Shown here one piece after another: positions 20,342-30,977 of a stretch of 50,699 nt of DNA. Position 1 is the stretch's first letter; the number at the start of each line of letters is the position of its first letter. The notes beneath the pieces are model-generated. The model was not told the DNA's origin. It did not search any database and saw only the letters and a list, made by a program, of their open reading frames with translations. Source of the stretch: Elusimicrobiota bacterium (GTDB lineage Bacteria > CG03 > SLGR01 > JAGXOG01); the NCBI GenBank assembly GCA_051745145.1, contig JBNJDT010000011.1, forward strand, positions 1 through 50,699. The letters are read 5' to 3'. A program made the position numbers and the translations under genes.

Positions 20342-21549
20342 ATAAAAAGAATAAAAATAAATGTACTGAAATACCGATAGGACCTTATCATCCCCTGCAG
20401 GAAGAACCGGAATTTTTCCGGCTTAAAGTAGACGGTGAAAAAGTACTCGGCGTAGATATAGAACTGGGGTATAATCACCGGGGAATAGAAAAACTGTCCG
20501 AAGCCAAAAATTTTGACCAGGTCTTATTTCTGGTGGAAAGAATATGCGGTATCTGTTCTACTTCCCATCCTTTTGCCTATGTCAACGCGGTTGAAGAAAT
20601 TGCCGGGGTGGAAATTCCCGACCGGGCAAAATATATCCGGTCGATAGTCGGGGAAATGGAAAGAATTCACTCCCATCTTTTGTGGCTGGGTCTGGCCGGA
20701 CATTTTTTAGGTTACAATACCGTGTGGATGTGGTGCTGGAAGTACAGGGAACCTCTTTTGGACCTTTGCGAGGAAGTTTTTGGCAACAGGCAACACTATG
20801 CCATGATGAAACTCGGCGGGGCAAGAAGGGATATATCTGTCAAGCAGGGGGATAAAATACAAAAAGCGATGGATGATCTGGTACCTAAATTAGATATGCT
20901 TGAGAAAGCGATAAACGATGATCCGGTCTTGAGAGCCAGGTTAAAACTGGCCGGAACTTTACCTAAAGAGGAAGCCCGTAAGTACTGTGTGGTTGGCCCC
21001 ACGGCCCGGGCCTCCGGCATAGATGTTGATATAAGAGAAATTGAACCCTATGCCGCTTATGGTCTTGTGGACTGGGATGTGCCCGTACAAGATGAGGGGG
21101 ATGTATATGCAAAAACTATTGTTCGCCTGGAAGAGATGAAGCAGTCAATCAGAATAATAAATCAATGCGTGGATAAATTAAAGGATAATTCCGGCGAGTT
21201 TGAAACGCAGATTAAAGATATTCCCGAGGGACAGGGCATCGGGCGCCACGAAGCTCCCCGGGGCGAAGTTTTTCACTATGTCCGGTCTTACGGGGGCAGT
21301 GTTCCATACAGACATAAAGTCCGGGCTCCGTCCTATCAGAACGTACTGTCTAACGAATTTGCCGTGGTCGGGGGGACAATTCCGGATGCCGCTATAACAC
21401 TGGCGGCAGTGGATCCCTGTTATTGCTGTACGGAGAGAATGCAGGCGGTAGATAAAGAGGGCCGGGAATATTCTTCTAAAGAACTTATAGAACTTTCTAA
21501 GAAAAAGACAGAGGATTTAAGGGCGAATATGGAGGAAAATAGAGAGTGA
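20338..21549 (+). CDS. Group 4 [NiFe]-hydrogenase large subunit
   Basis: IGPYHP, HRGIEK, L1 motif ERICGICSTSH, EAPRGE, L2 motif DPCYCCTER followed by a C-terminal extension. Confidence 0.95.
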   Translation: MNKKNKNKCTEIPIGPYHPLQEEPEFFRLKVDGEKVLGVDIELGYNHRGIEKLSEAKNFDQVLFLVERICGICSTSHPFAYVNAVEEIAGVEIPDRAKYIRSIVGEMERIHSHLLWLGLAGHFLGYNTVWMWCWKYREPLLDLCEEVFGNRQHYAMMKLGGARRDISVKQGDKIQKAMDDLVPKLDMLEKAINDDPVLRARLKLAGTLPKEEARKYCVVGPTARASGIDVDIREIEPYAAYGLVDWDVPVQDEGDVYAKTIVRLEEMKQSIRIINQCVDKLKDNSGEFETQIKDIPEGQGIGRHEAPRGEVFHYVRSYGGSVPYRHKVRAPSYQNVLSNEFAVVGGTIPDAAITLAAVDPCYCCTERMQAVDKEGREYSSKELIELSKKKTEDLRANMEENRE

Positions 21550-23321
21550 GGATACTGCAGCTGACCGTATTGTTTCCCTTTTTACTTGGAATATTAATGA
21601 TATTTATTCCAAAACGCTGGTTTAAGTACGGGGGGATTTCGGCTGTTATCAGTGGCATTTCTCTGATATGGGGAGGACTGGATGCATTCCCGTATTTTAG
21701 TTTTAGTCGCTGGGGAATAGAACCGTTAATTCAAGCTGATGTTCTTTCACTGAGCTTGATTATGCTGACCGGTTTATTCGGCATTATTGTAGCTTTATAT
21801 ACTATTGGACATATGGAGAAAAAGGCCGGTTTTTTCTGGTCACTGTTTTGCTGGATTTTAGGTTCTGCCTCGGTGGTATTTATGGCTGTAAATTCTATCC
21901 TTTTTATGGTGGGCTGGGGCCTGACCGGTCTGATACTTGCCCTTATGGTTTGGAAGACCGGCGGTGAAAATACCTGGAAAAAAACTTTTATTATATTAGG
22001 GGGGAGTGATGCACTGCTGTTGATGGGGATGGCCGGTATAATAGGTACAACTGGCGCTTTAAACCTTTCCGGGCTAGATATTACGCTTTCTGGAACTTTT
22101 GATTGGGTTATCTTTTTGTTATTATTGTCGGCGGCTTTTACAAAGGCGGGAGCTTTTCCGTTTCACACCTGGATACCGGATACTTCCCGGGACGCCCCGG
22201 TTCCGGTAGTGGCTTTATTACCGGCATCGCTGGACAAACTGCTGGGGATATATCTTTTGAAGAAAATTGCCGTAGACTGGTTCGTCCTTCAGGGCGGGGC
22301 CAATACCTTGCTTATGGCTGTGGGAGCGTTTACCATTCTGGCCGGTGTTTTTATGGCCCTGGCCCAGCATAATTTAAAACGGCTTTTAGGGTATCACGCC
22401 GTCTCTCAGGTAGGGTATATGATTTTGGGCATAGGAACCGGCACATTAATAGGTATAGCAGGGGGATTGCTCCATATGGTAAATAACGCCATCTATAAAC
22501 AGGGGCTTTTTCTGGGAGCGGGAGTGGTGGAAAAAGAGACCGGGACCTCCAAACTTGAAAATCTGGGAGGGCTTTATAAAAAATTTCCGGTCACATTTAT
22601 TAGTTTCACAATTTGTGCAATAGCTATATCGGGTTTACCCCCGCTGAACGGGTTTATTTCAAAATGGATGGTCTACCAGAGCCTGATAGAGAAAGCGGGT
22701 ACTGGAGGATTATGGGTGTTGTGGCTTGTAGCTGCGGTATTCGGTTCGGTGTTAACCCTGGCCTCTTTTGTAAAAATTGTTCACGCGGCATTTTTAGGAC
22801 AGCCCTCAAAAGGGAGAAGGTCCCATGCCGAAAATATAAGCTGGGAAGTTCCCGCCCTGGTAGTTTTACCCCTGCTCTGTCTGGGAATAGGAATTTTCCC
22901 GGAGTATCTGGTATATCCCTTATTAAATATTATTGTAGGAGATTTTGTTGTTTCCGGGGTCTGGTTTCCCCAGCTTGCAGCTTCACTTTTTGTCTTGGGA
23001 ATGGGCATCGGTATATTACTGTATATTATTTTTAAAGTCAGAGGTTACAGAAGGACAGAACCGTATATCGGCGGAGAAAAGATAACTCCGAATATGCGAG
23101 TTTCAGGAGTGGAGTTTTATACTACTATTGAAAATCTGGGTATATTCAGGAAAATTTATGCCTGGGCCCGGGAAGGGTATTTTGATATATACGAACGGCT
23201 TAAAGAATTTACATTTTACTGGATAAGATTTTTACGCTGGTTACACGGGGGAGTGGTAACCACTTATGTTCTATGGGTAATAGTGGGAACGGTAGTATTG
23301 ATGTTTAGTTATTTAAGATGA
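21546..23321 (+). CDS. Antiporter-like membrane subunit (NuoL/HyfB/MrpA-like)
   Basis: KAGAFPFHTWIPD, KRLLGYHAVSQVGY, AISGLPPLNGFISKW; GTG start. Confidence 0.9.
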   Translation: MRILQLTVLFPFLLGILMIFIPKRWFKYGGISAVISGISLIWGGLDAFPYFSFSRWGIEPLIQADVLSLSLIMLTGLFGIIVALYTIGHMEKKAGFFWSLFCWILGSASVVFMAVNSILFMVGWGLTGLILALMVWKTGGENTWKKTFIILGGSDALLLMGMAGIIGTTGALNLSGLDITLSGTFDWVIFLLLLSAAFTKAGAFPFHTWIPDTSRDAPVPVVALLPASLDKLLGIYLLKKIAVDWFVLQGGANTLLMAVGAFTILAGVFMALAQHNLKRLLGYHAVSQVGYMILGIGTGTLIGIAGGLLHMVNNAIYKQGLFLGAGVVEKETGTSKLENLGGLYKKFPVTFISFTICAIAISGLPPLNGFISKWMVYQSLIEKAGTGGLWVLWLVAAVFGSVLTLASFVKIVHAAFLGQPSKGRRSHAENISWEVPALVVLPLLCLGIGIFPEYLVYPLLNIIVGDFVVSGVWFPQLAASLFVLGMGIGILLYIIFKVRGYRRTEPYIGGEKITPNMRVSGVEFYTTIENLGIFRKIYAWAREGYFDIYERLKEFTFYWIRFLRWLHGGVVTTYVLWVIVGTVVLMFSYLR

Positions 23322-23863
23322 TAGAATTAATTTTAGTTTTAAAAATAATAGCGGCTATAATAGCCCTGGAATCCAAAAATCTCCTGTCCTCTATTATATC
23401 CCTTGGAGGAGTGGGGTTTGGACTGGCTATAGTAATGCTTTTTATGGCCGCTCCGGATGTGGCTATAGTACAGATACTTGTGGAAGTGGTTCTGCTTATA
23501 ATACTTATAAGATCCACTATAAATAGGGACCATACAGAAGTAAAGTGTCAGAAAGAATTTTTCGCTCTTGTATCCGGGGGAGCATTTTTGGGGATTCTTC
23601 TGGTTTTTGTAATACTTTCCATCCAGGATTTACCGGCTTTGGGAAGCGGGTTAGCTGAAAGAACTGAAACCATTATACCATCTCTTAGATATCTTTCGGG
23701 AAGTTTGGAAAACACCGGAGCCCCCAACGTAGTTAATTCAGTTCTTTTATCATATAGAGGGTACGATACGTTAGGAGAGGCTGCGATACTTTTTGCGGCT
23801 ATAATTGGCGCTCTGACTATTTTAAGAAAATCCAAGACGGAAGAGAGTCTGAAAAATGAATAA
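23318..23863 (+). CDS. MbhD/MbhE-like subunit (DUF4040 plus MrpA C-terminal-like)
   Basis: AAPDVAIVQ..VE and NVVNSVLLSYRGYDTLGE. Confidence 0.85.
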   Translation: MIELILVLKIIAAIIALESKNLLSSIISLGGVGFGLAIVMLFMAAPDVAIVQILVEVVLLIILIRSTINRDHTEVKCQKEFFALVSGGAFLGILLVFVILSIQDLPALGSGLAERTETIIPSLRYLSGSLENTGAPNVVNSVLLSYRGYDTLGEAAILFAAIIGALTILRKSKTEESLKNE

Positions 23864-24311
23864 CAATAACGGTATGACAGAAATAGTAAAGACTGTAACC
23901 ACTCTTATAGAGTTTGCCGTCTTTATTTACGGTGTAGATATTATTTTATACGGGCACATTTCTCCGGGTGGAGGATTTGCCGGCGGGGTTATACTGGCTT
24001 TTCTGTATATACTTATTTTTCTGGCCTACGGTAAAGAAGAAGCATTTAAAAAATTTAAAATTTCAGAGGAAAGTATTTTTAATTCACTGGGAGTAATAGG
24101 ACTGTTATTTTTTATAAGTCTTTTGCTCTTTATATTTGCCCATGATATAGGGTACTTATTGGCTAAAGTGTATCCCCATAAAAAGTATCAACTTTTTTCG
24201 GGAGGGGCAATGATGTATGAAAATATACTTATAGCTCTTAAGTGTGGCTGGGGAGTATTTATGGTATTTGCTGTCTTATCTGTAGTGGGCAGGGAGAAAC
24301 AATATGATTAA
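23856..24311 (+). CDS. mnhB: Mrp/Mnh subunit B-like
   Basis: GHISPGGGFAGG motif. Confidence 0.88.
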   Translation: MNNNNGMTEIVKTVTTLIEFAVFIYGVDIILYGHISPGGGFAGGVILAFLYILIFLAYGKEEAFKKFKISEESIFNSLGVIGLLFFISLLLFIFAHDIGYLLAKVYPHKKYQLFSGGAMMYENILIALKCGWGVFMVFAVLSVVGREKQYD

Positions 24312-24666
24312 TCTTCCACTGGCATATAGTTTGTGTATGGTTCTGTTTTTTATAGGTTTGTACGGAATAGCTACCAAAAAAAATGTTATAAAAATAATTA
24401 TATCAATAATAATAATGCAAAATTCCGTAAATCTGTTTATCCTTTTAGTAGGGTATCAGAAAAGCGGAGTGGCTCCTATAATAACTGAAGGCATGAATAT
24501 GAAAAACTTTGTAGCCGGCTCTGTCGATCCTCTGCCCCAGGCTATGATTTTAACATCGATAGTGATCGGGTTATCGGTTATAGCATTAATGGTAGCTATT
24601 GCTATACGGATTTATGAGCGGTTTGGCACATTTGATGTATCTAAAATAAAGGATTTAAAGGGATAA
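24304..24666 (+). CDS. mnhC: Mrp/Mnh subunit C-like
   Basis: DPLPQAMILTSIVI motif. Confidence 0.92.
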   Translation: MINLPLAYSLCMVLFFIGLYGIATKKNVIKIIISIIIMQNSVNLFILLVGYQKSGVAPIITEGMNMKNFVAGSVDPLPQAMILTSIVIGLSVIALMVAIAIRIYERFGTFDVSKIKDLKG

Positions 24667-26159
24667 TGCTTATTTTAGCAACTATTTTAATACCCATGGG
24701 GGCGGCTTTTATTATATCCATGCTGGATTTTATAAAAGATGATTTTAAGAAAAATTTATCTATGGATATCTTTGCCGGCGTTGCTATTTTAGTTACCTTA
24801 ATAATTTCAATAGTTATTTTTGGGAATCCGGATATCTACAATATAGCCGGCTGGGATTTCCCTATGGGGATAATTCTGGTCCTTGACGGTTTCAGCGGTC
24901 CGGTTCTCGTTGTAGCGAATTTTATAGCTCTGATGTGTCTTGTTTTTTCGATTGATTACATTAAAAGGTACGGCGCAAAGGAAAAATTTTATACTCTTTT
25001 TATGCTTATGCTAACTGGTATAAACGGAGTTGTGCTGGCCGGGGATATATTTAATCTCTATGTTTTTCTCGAGCTGGCTACTATAGCATCATTTGCTCTT
25101 GTAGGATACGGAACGCAGCGGGAAGAGATAGAGGCAACTTTTAAATATCTTGTTCTTTCAAGTATAGGCACGGCGTTTATGCTTTTAGGTATAGGAATTG
25201 TATATGCCAATACGGCAAATCTTAATATGGCTACTATATCCGAAATTCTGGCCTTTGCCGGAGAAATACCGGCAAGTATATATCTGGCCACATTACTTTT
25301 TGTAGTAGGATTTTCTATAAAAGCTGCCATAGTTCCGTTTCACGCCTGGCTTCCCGATGCCCATCCTTCAGCGCCGGCCCCCATATCGGCGATGCTCAGT
25401 GGAGTACTCATAAAAGCCATAGGTATATATGCTTTGGTCCGAATAACCTATGTTATGATGGGAATGAATACAGGGCCGGTTCCCCAGATATTAAGAATAT
25501 TCGGCACAATGTCTATGGTTGCCGGAGTACTGTTAGCCCTCGGACAGTGGGATTTTAAGAGACTTCTGGCCTACCATTCTGTCAGTCAGATGGGCTATAT
25601 AGCTTTGGGCTTTGGACTGGCTACCCCTCTGGGAATTATAGGAGGACTATTTCATCTTTTGAACCATTCGGTTTTTAAATCTCTCTTATTTTTAAATTCC
25701 GGGGCCGTGGATTACCGTTTGAAAACCAGGAATTTAAAAAAGATGGGAGGACTTAATCAGAAGATGCCGGTAACCGGCGCTACTTCCATGGTAGCTTCAC
25801 TTTCAATTGCCGGGATTCCACCTTTTAACGGGTTCTGGAGTAAACTGGTGATAGTTATTGCGGCAATACAGGCCGGTCATCCTTTCCTGGCAGGCTGGGC
25901 AATAATAGCCAGTATTTTGACCTTGAGCTCATTTGTAAAGGTACAAAGATATGCATTTATGGGTTCAATTAAAAGGTCACTTAAAAAGGTTAAAGAGGTA
26001 ACCGTTATTATGCAGGTGCCCATGATAATATTAGCTGTAGCCTGTATTGTAATGGGAATTATTCTTATACCTCAAATCAGTGAAATAATTCTGGAACCGG
26101 CTGTGGATATTATACTGGATTCTTCTAAATATATTGAATTAGTAAGGGGAAGTTTATGA
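24666..26159 (+). CDS. mnhD: Mrp/Mnh subunit D (MbhH-like antiporter subunit)
   Basis: GDIFNLYVFLE, KAAIVPFHAWLPDAH, KRLLAYHSVSQMGY, GIPPFNGFWSK. Confidence 0.92.
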   Translation: MLILATILIPMGAAFIISMLDFIKDDFKKNLSMDIFAGVAILVTLIISIVIFGNPDIYNIAGWDFPMGIILVLDGFSGPVLVVANFIALMCLVFSIDYIKRYGAKEKFYTLFMLMLTGINGVVLAGDIFNLYVFLELATIASFALVGYGTQREEIEATFKYLVLSSIGTAFMLLGIGIVYANTANLNMATISEILAFAGEIPASIYLATLLFVVGFSIKAAIVPFHAWLPDAHPSAPAPISAMLSGVLIKAIGIYALVRITYVMMGMNTGPVPQILRIFGTMSMVAGVLLALGQWDFKRLLAYHSVSQMGYIALGFGLATPLGIIGGLFHLLNHSVFKSLLFLNSGAVDYRLKTRNLKKMGGLNQKMPVTGATSMVASLSIAGIPPFNGFWSKLVIVIAAIQAGHPFLAGWAIIASILTLSSFVKVQRYAFMGSIKRSLKKVKEVTVIMQVPMIILAVACIVMGIILIPQISEIILEPAVDIILDSSKYIELVRGSL

Positions 26160-26668
26160 TCGGAAAAATAATATTTTATATAGCTTCATATATTATCTGG
26201 CTTTTTTTGACCTGGCCTTTTAATCCTTTAAATTTACAGGATATCATAACGGGGCTTGTGGTAGCTTTGGGAGCCGTCCTTATATTCGGCCGAAATATTG
26301 GGCAAACTACTACTTTGGATGAGAATAATAAGAGATTTAATATTAAGATAGTGGGATGGGCATTGGTATATATACCGGTATTGATGTATTATATGATAAT
26401 TGCAAATCTGGATGTATTGTATAGAATTATAAAAACTGATAGACCAATAAATCCGGGGATAGTTAAAATAAATACTGAACTTAAAAGTCCACTGTCCAGA
26501 GCAATTCTCTGTAATTCGATAACCCTCACTCCGGGGACTTTGACAGTAGATATTAAAGAAGATATTATTTACGTACACTGGATAAATATTACCGCTTCAA
26601 GCCAGCGGGAAGCTACTGAAGTAATTGCAGGAAGATTTGAAAAGATTTTGAAAAAGGTATTCGAATGA
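26156..26668 (+). CDS. mnhE: Mrp/Mnh subunit E
   Basis: INPGIV...NSITLTPGTLT...VHWI. Confidence 0.92.
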   Translation: MIGKIIFYIASYIIWLFLTWPFNPLNLQDIITGLVVALGAVLIFGRNIGQTTTLDENNKRFNIKIVGWALVYIPVLMYYMIIANLDVLYRIIKTDRPINPGIVKINTELKSPLSRAILCNSITLTPGTLTVDIKEDIIYVHWINITASSQREATEVIAGRFEKILKKVFE

Positions 26669-26925
26669 TAATAGATATATATTTTATAATACTGTTTATA
26701 TGCTGTGTTTTATGTATATACCGGATGGGTCGCGGACCAACGCCGCCGGACAGATCAGTTGCCATAGATATGATAGGTACGATAGTAGTGGGCTTTAGTG
26801 CCTTGTTTACTTTAAAAACAGATTCGGATTTTTATTTGAACATAGCACTTTCATGGGCTCTTTTAAGTTTTATCGGTACGATAGCTCTGGCTAAATACCT
26901 TGAAGGAAAAGGATTTGATGAATAA
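26665..26925 (+). CDS. mnhF: Mrp/Mnh subunit F
   Basis: GPTPPDRSVAID...LLSFIGTIALAKYL. Confidence 0.92.
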   Translation: MIIDIYFIILFICCVLCIYRMGRGPTPPDRSVAIDMIGTIVVGFSALFTLKTDSDFYLNIALSWALLSFIGTIALAKYLEGKGFDE

Positions 26926-26940
26926 ATCTGGGGAAATAAT

Positions 26941-27300
26941 ATGTATTACTTAGGAATAATAGTGATAGGGATTGGAATATTTTTCGATCTTGCCGGTTGT
27001 GTGGGACTTATAAGATTTCCCGATGTATTTAACCGGCTCCAGGCCGGTACTAAATGTGTTACCCTGGGGACGTGTTCTATACTTTTTGGTATATTTTTAA
27101 TTAATGGATTTACGCTGGCCGGTACAAAAGCCCTGCTGGTAATGTTTTTTGTTCTAATTACTTCTCCTACCGGGGCACATGCCCTGGCCAGAGCTGCCTA
27201 TAGATACGGAGTAAGATTGTGGAGCGGCTCCGAAAAAGATGAATACAGCGAAGTTTTTGACCAGAGCGATTTAAAACCTCCTGGAGATGAAAGATCATGA
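26941..27300 (+). CDS. mnhG: Mrp/Mnh subunit G
   Basis: GLIRFPDVFNRLQAGTKCVTLG...TSPTGAHALARAAY. Confidence 0.93.
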   Translation: MYYLGIIVIGIGIFFDLAGCVGLIRFPDVFNRLQAGTKCVTLGTCSILFGIFLINGFTLAGTKALLVMFFVLITSPTGAHALARAAYRYGVRLWSGSEKDEYSEVFDQSDLKPPGDERS

Positions 27301-27908
27301 AATTACCTAAACTCCGGGAATTAAAAGAAGCAATAAAAGCTGTATTTTCCCCCAGGTACACCACAAAATTCCCCGCCAGTAAGCATGAAGCTGCTTTGGA
27401 CTTTAGAGGAGCCCCTGTTCCGGATGAAGACTGGTGTATAGGGTGTGAGGCCTGTATGGAGGCCTGTCCCACCGGTGCTATTGAGATAGAAGATTCTCCA
27501 AAGGATGAGACCCGAAAGATTATACGGTTATATGACAGATGTATTTACTGCGGTCAGTGCGAGGAAAAATGTCCCCAGCCGGAACCCGGGGTGAAACTCA
27601 CCCGGGAATACGATATGGCCGATTACTCCAGAGAGGATATGAAAGTTGAGCAGGAATTTGATCTTATTGTCTGCAGTAAATGCGGCGAAGCCTTAGGCAC
27701 CAGGGATCAGCTTGAAGCAACGGCCCGGAGAATGGGACCGGCCCTGGCTTCGACTAATCCGGATCTTATGCTGGTAAGGCAGGAGAAGAGGGGGTTTGGC
27801 CAGCTCCCGTCAAAAAGCCGTGAAGTCTTTTACCGATCTGATATTTTTGAGTTTTTATGCCCCCGCTGCCGCCACAAAGTCTACTCTACAGAAGCTAATA
27901 ACGAATAA
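27297..27908 (+). CDS. 2x[4Fe-4S] subunit (NuoI/HycF/MbhN-like)
   Basis: YTTKFP, FRG.P, CIGCEACMEACP, CIYCGQCEEKCP, plus C-terminal CSKC...CPRC. Confidence 0.9.
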   Translation: MKLPKLRELKEAIKAVFSPRYTTKFPASKHEAALDFRGAPVPDEDWCIGCEACMEACPTGAIEIEDSPKDETRKIIRLYDRCIYCGQCEEKCPQPEPGVKLTREYDMADYSREDMKVEQEFDLIVCSKCGEALGTRDQLEATARRMGPALASTNPDLMLVRQEKRGFGQLPSKSREVFYRSDIFEFLCPRCRHKVYSTEANNE

Positions 27909-27922
27909 AATTAAATATTTAT

Positions 27923-28381
27923 ATGAAACTTGAAGAACTGGCCCCTGCCGGAAAAAATACAGTTATAGTGGGAGTAGGCAATTTAAACCGGGGAGATGAC
28001 GGCATAGGAATTTATACGGTAAAAAAACTTATAGATAAAGGATATACCAAAATTTATAATTGCCAAACCACCCCTGAAAATTACCTTGCAAAAATTTGTA
28101 GCCATAGCCCGGATATAGTTTTATTTGTAGATGCCGTGGAACTGGATGAGAAACCCGGAAAAGTTAAAATTATCGAGGCCCGGAAAGTATCAGCCGGTTT
28201 TACAACCCATAATGCAGGTTTGGATATGGTGGCTGAATTTATACACAGTGATTGCGGTGCTAAAGTTTATATAATTGCAGTTCAGCCCGGAAAATTAGAT
28301 GGCAAAATGTCAGAAAAAGTTCAAAAAACCGGCGATGAAATAATAAAGGAACTGGAGGAGAAAATATGCATGAATCAGTAA
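27923..28381 (+). CDS. hycI: Hydrogenase maturation endopeptidase (HycI-like)
   Basis: GVGNLNRGDDGIG, TPEN, VDA, TTH. Confidence 0.88.
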   Translation: MKLEELAPAGKNTVIVGVGNLNRGDDGIGIYTVKKLIDKGYTKIYNCQTTPENYLAKICSHSPDIVLFVDAVELDEKPGKVKIIEARKVSAGFTTHNAGLDMVAEFIHSDCGAKVYIIAVQPGKLDGKMSEKVQKTGDEIIKELEEKICMNQ

Positions 28382-28683
28382 GGGCTAAAGAAATTGAGAA
28401 CGCTATCCGGGAAAAAGCCCGTAAAAATAATATTAAAAATATAGAGAAGGTTGTAGTAAAGGTAGGAAGAGGAGACGGTGAATCTCCAAGTGATATAAGG
28501 CATATAATTGAAGAACACATGGGCCTTGAAAATTTTGAAATTATAGAAGAAGATATCGTATTAATATGTACCGGTTGTAAAAAGACTTATACCGATCTTG
28601 AGAAACTCAGATGTCCTGAATGTAATTCGGCAAGCTTCGATATTAAAAAGGGGATGGGTTTTGAGGTAGTATCTGTTGAATAA
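28366..28683 (+). CDS. hypA: Hydrogenase nickel metallochaperone HypA
   Basis: N-terminal MHE, CTGC and CPEC; SD GGAGGAG. Confidence 0.88.
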   Translation: MHESVRAKEIENAIREKARKNNIKNIEKVVVKVGRGDGESPSDIRHIIEEHMGLENFEIIEEDIVLICTGCKKTYTDLEKLRCPECNSASFDIKKGMGFEVVSVE

Positions 28684-30961
28684 AAGTATCTTTATTAAAG
28701 GTACTGTCCAGGGGGTGGGCTTTAGGCCATTTGTATATCGTTTAGCAAAAAGATTTTTTATAAAAGGGAGGGTGAAAAATACTGGTTCCGGGGTGTATAT
28801 AGAGGCCCGGGGAAGAAGAGAAGACTTAGATAATTTCATTAAAAATATTAAGGACAATTCACCCGACGCTGCTGATATAACCGGTTTAGAAGTAAAAGAA
28901 TCTAAAAAAAATAATTTCAGTAAATTTGAGATATCAGAAAGTTCGGGTAAAGCAGAATCCGGACTTAATATCCCCCCGGATATAGCTCTGTGCGATGAAT
29001 GTCTGAGGGAGATTAAAGATTCGTCCAACAGTAGATATAAGTATCCGTTTACCTCATGCCTGAACTGTGGACAGAGATTCACCATTGTAAATAAACTGCC
29101 CTATGACCGGAAAAACACTCAAATGAGTGAGTTTAAGATGTGTGACAGATGTCGAAAAGAGTATAATGATGTAGATAATCGGCGGTATCATGCTCAGCCA
29201 ATATCCTGCCCTGATTGCGGTCCCGGGTATGAGTATAAAAAAATGACCTCTGAAGGTTTTACGACAGAATTATTAAATCCGGTAAAAAAAGCGGCTGACA
29301 GCTTAAAAAATTCCCAAATAATGGCCTTGAAAGGATGGGGCGGGTTTCATATAGTCGGGGATGCTGAAAATCCTGAAGTAATAAAAAAAATAAGAAAAAT
29401 TAAACAAAGATCGCACAAACCCCTGGCCGTTATGGCCCGGGATAAAAAAGCGGCGGAGTTTCTATGCGGAGTTAACAGGGCATCCGAGAAAATTCTTAAA
29501 AATTTTCGGCGGCCGATCTTACTTTTACCCAAACGGGGCAAAAAAAAGAATATAGAAGAATTAATAGCCCCGGATAATCCCACAATAGGTCTTATGCTGC
29601 CCTATTCTGCAGTCCATCATTTATTATTTGAATATTCAGGTTTAAAACTCTTAATTTTTACAAGTCTAAATCTTCCTTCCGTATCTACAATTAAAAAGTA
29701 TGAAAAAGCCAGAGAGTTTTTAACTTCTTTAAAAATTTCAGGTGTTTCAATGCTGGATCACAATTTAAAAATTCATAATAGGTGTGATGATTCTGTAGTA
29801 AAAAATATGAAGGACGGTCCGATAATTTTAAGACGGAGCCGGGGCTATGTACCTCAGGGCATAGAAATCCCCCATCAAAATAGGGTGCTAACTTCCGGTG
29901 CAGAGCAGAATGTAAATATATGTTTTACAAAATCGGGGAAAGCATATCCGTCTCAATATATCGGGAATGTAGATAATACGGTTACAGAAAATAATTATAT
30001 AGAAACTATTCAGCAACTTGATAGCATCTGGAATTACAATCCCCGGATTATGGGCTGTGATTTACACCCGGGATATGTTACAACAAAAGTTTTTAAAAAG
30101 TTGTCCGCCGGTAAGAATTTACCCTTATATAAAATCCAGCATCATCACGCCCATCTGGCCGGATGTGCCGCAGAAAACAATTTAAAGGATTCCCCCAATT
30201 TTATGGGAGTTGCTTTAGATGGTGCAGGCTACGGAAAGGACGGGAAAATATGGGGCGGGGAATTTATGAGATTTTCTTATAAAAATTGTACCCGTTTGGG
30301 AAGTTTCCGGCCGGTTTCTCTGCCGGGCGGGGATATGGCCGCTATAGAACCCTGGCGGATGGCTGTTAGTTATCTTAAAACAGCGAGTATTGACTGGAGA
30401 AGATTAGATAATCTGAAAGGTATAGAGGCTGCAGGGGCCGTAGCAAAATTAATAGATAAAAATTTAAATTGTCCTAAAACTTCTTCGGCAGGAAGATTAT
30501 TCGACGCAGTAAGTTCAATAATAGGGCTGGTGGACTACAATACTTACCGGGCCCGGGCTCCTATAGCTCTAGAAGGGGCGGTTGATGATGAGTATCTTAA
30601 CGAAAAATATAATTTTAATATAATAGAGAAAAATGATAAATTTATTATAGATACTTTAAACTTAATAGAATGTGTATTTAAAGATAAAATTAATGGTGTT
30701 TCAATTGGTAGAATAGGAGCCCGTTTCCATTCTACGGTTGCTGAGATGGTAGTTCGGGGCTTAATGCGTATGAGCAAAAAACTGGATATAAAGAAAGCCT
30801 GCCTTTCCGGCGGAGTTTTTTGTAATTACTATTTGAGTAATATTATACGTAAAAGATCTAAAAAACATGGTCTTGAAATATATACTCACAGAAAAGTGTC
30901 CCCGAATGACAACGGTATTTCTTATGGACAGGCGGTTATAACAGGGCAGAAGGAAAAATAA
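28676..30961 (+). CDS. hypF: Carbamoyltransferase HypF
   Basis: GTVQGVGFRPF, two CxxC-x18-CxxC zinc fingers, QHHHAH, DNGISYGQA. Confidence 0.97.
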   Translation: MNKSIFIKGTVQGVGFRPFVYRLAKRFFIKGRVKNTGSGVYIEARGRREDLDNFIKNIKDNSPDAADITGLEVKESKKNNFSKFEISESSGKAESGLNIPPDIALCDECLREIKDSSNSRYKYPFTSCLNCGQRFTIVNKLPYDRKNTQMSEFKMCDRCRKEYNDVDNRRYHAQPISCPDCGPGYEYKKMTSEGFTTELLNPVKKAADSLKNSQIMALKGWGGFHIVGDAENPEVIKKIRKIKQRSHKPLAVMARDKKAAEFLCGVNRASEKILKNFRRPILLLPKRGKKKNIEELIAPDNPTIGLMLPYSAVHHLLFEYSGLKLLIFTSLNLPSVSTIKKYEKAREFLTSLKISGVSMLDHNLKIHNRCDDSVVKNMKDGPIILRRSRGYVPQGIEIPHQNRVLTSGAEQNVNICFTKSGKAYPSQYIGNVDNTVTENNYIETIQQLDSIWNYNPRIMGCDLHPGYVTTKVFKKLSAGKNLPLYKIQHHHAHLAGCAAENNLKDSPNFMGVALDGAGYGKDGKIWGGEFMRFSYKNCTRLGSFRPVSLPGGDMAAIEPWRMAVSYLKTASIDWRRLDNLKGIEAAGAVAKLIDKNLNCPKTSSAGRLFDAVSSIIGLVDYNTYRARAPIALEGAVDDEYLNEKYNFNIIEKNDKFIIDTLNLIECVFKDKINGVSIGRIGARFHSTVAEMVVRGLMRMSKKLDIKKACLSGGVFCNYYLSNIIRKRSKKHGLEIYTHRKVSPNDNGISYGQAVITGQKEK

Positions 30962-30977
30962 GGAGTAAATACTAAAA

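Noticed and set aside
20338..21549. [NiFeSe] hydrogenase or recoding
   Set aside because: No in-frame TGA; all ligands are Cys codons
18570..27908. Respiratory complex I (nuo) or a NiFe-less Mbx/Ehr complex
   Set aside because: The large subunit retains both Ni-binding CxxC motifs, and hyp genes plus a protease are co-located
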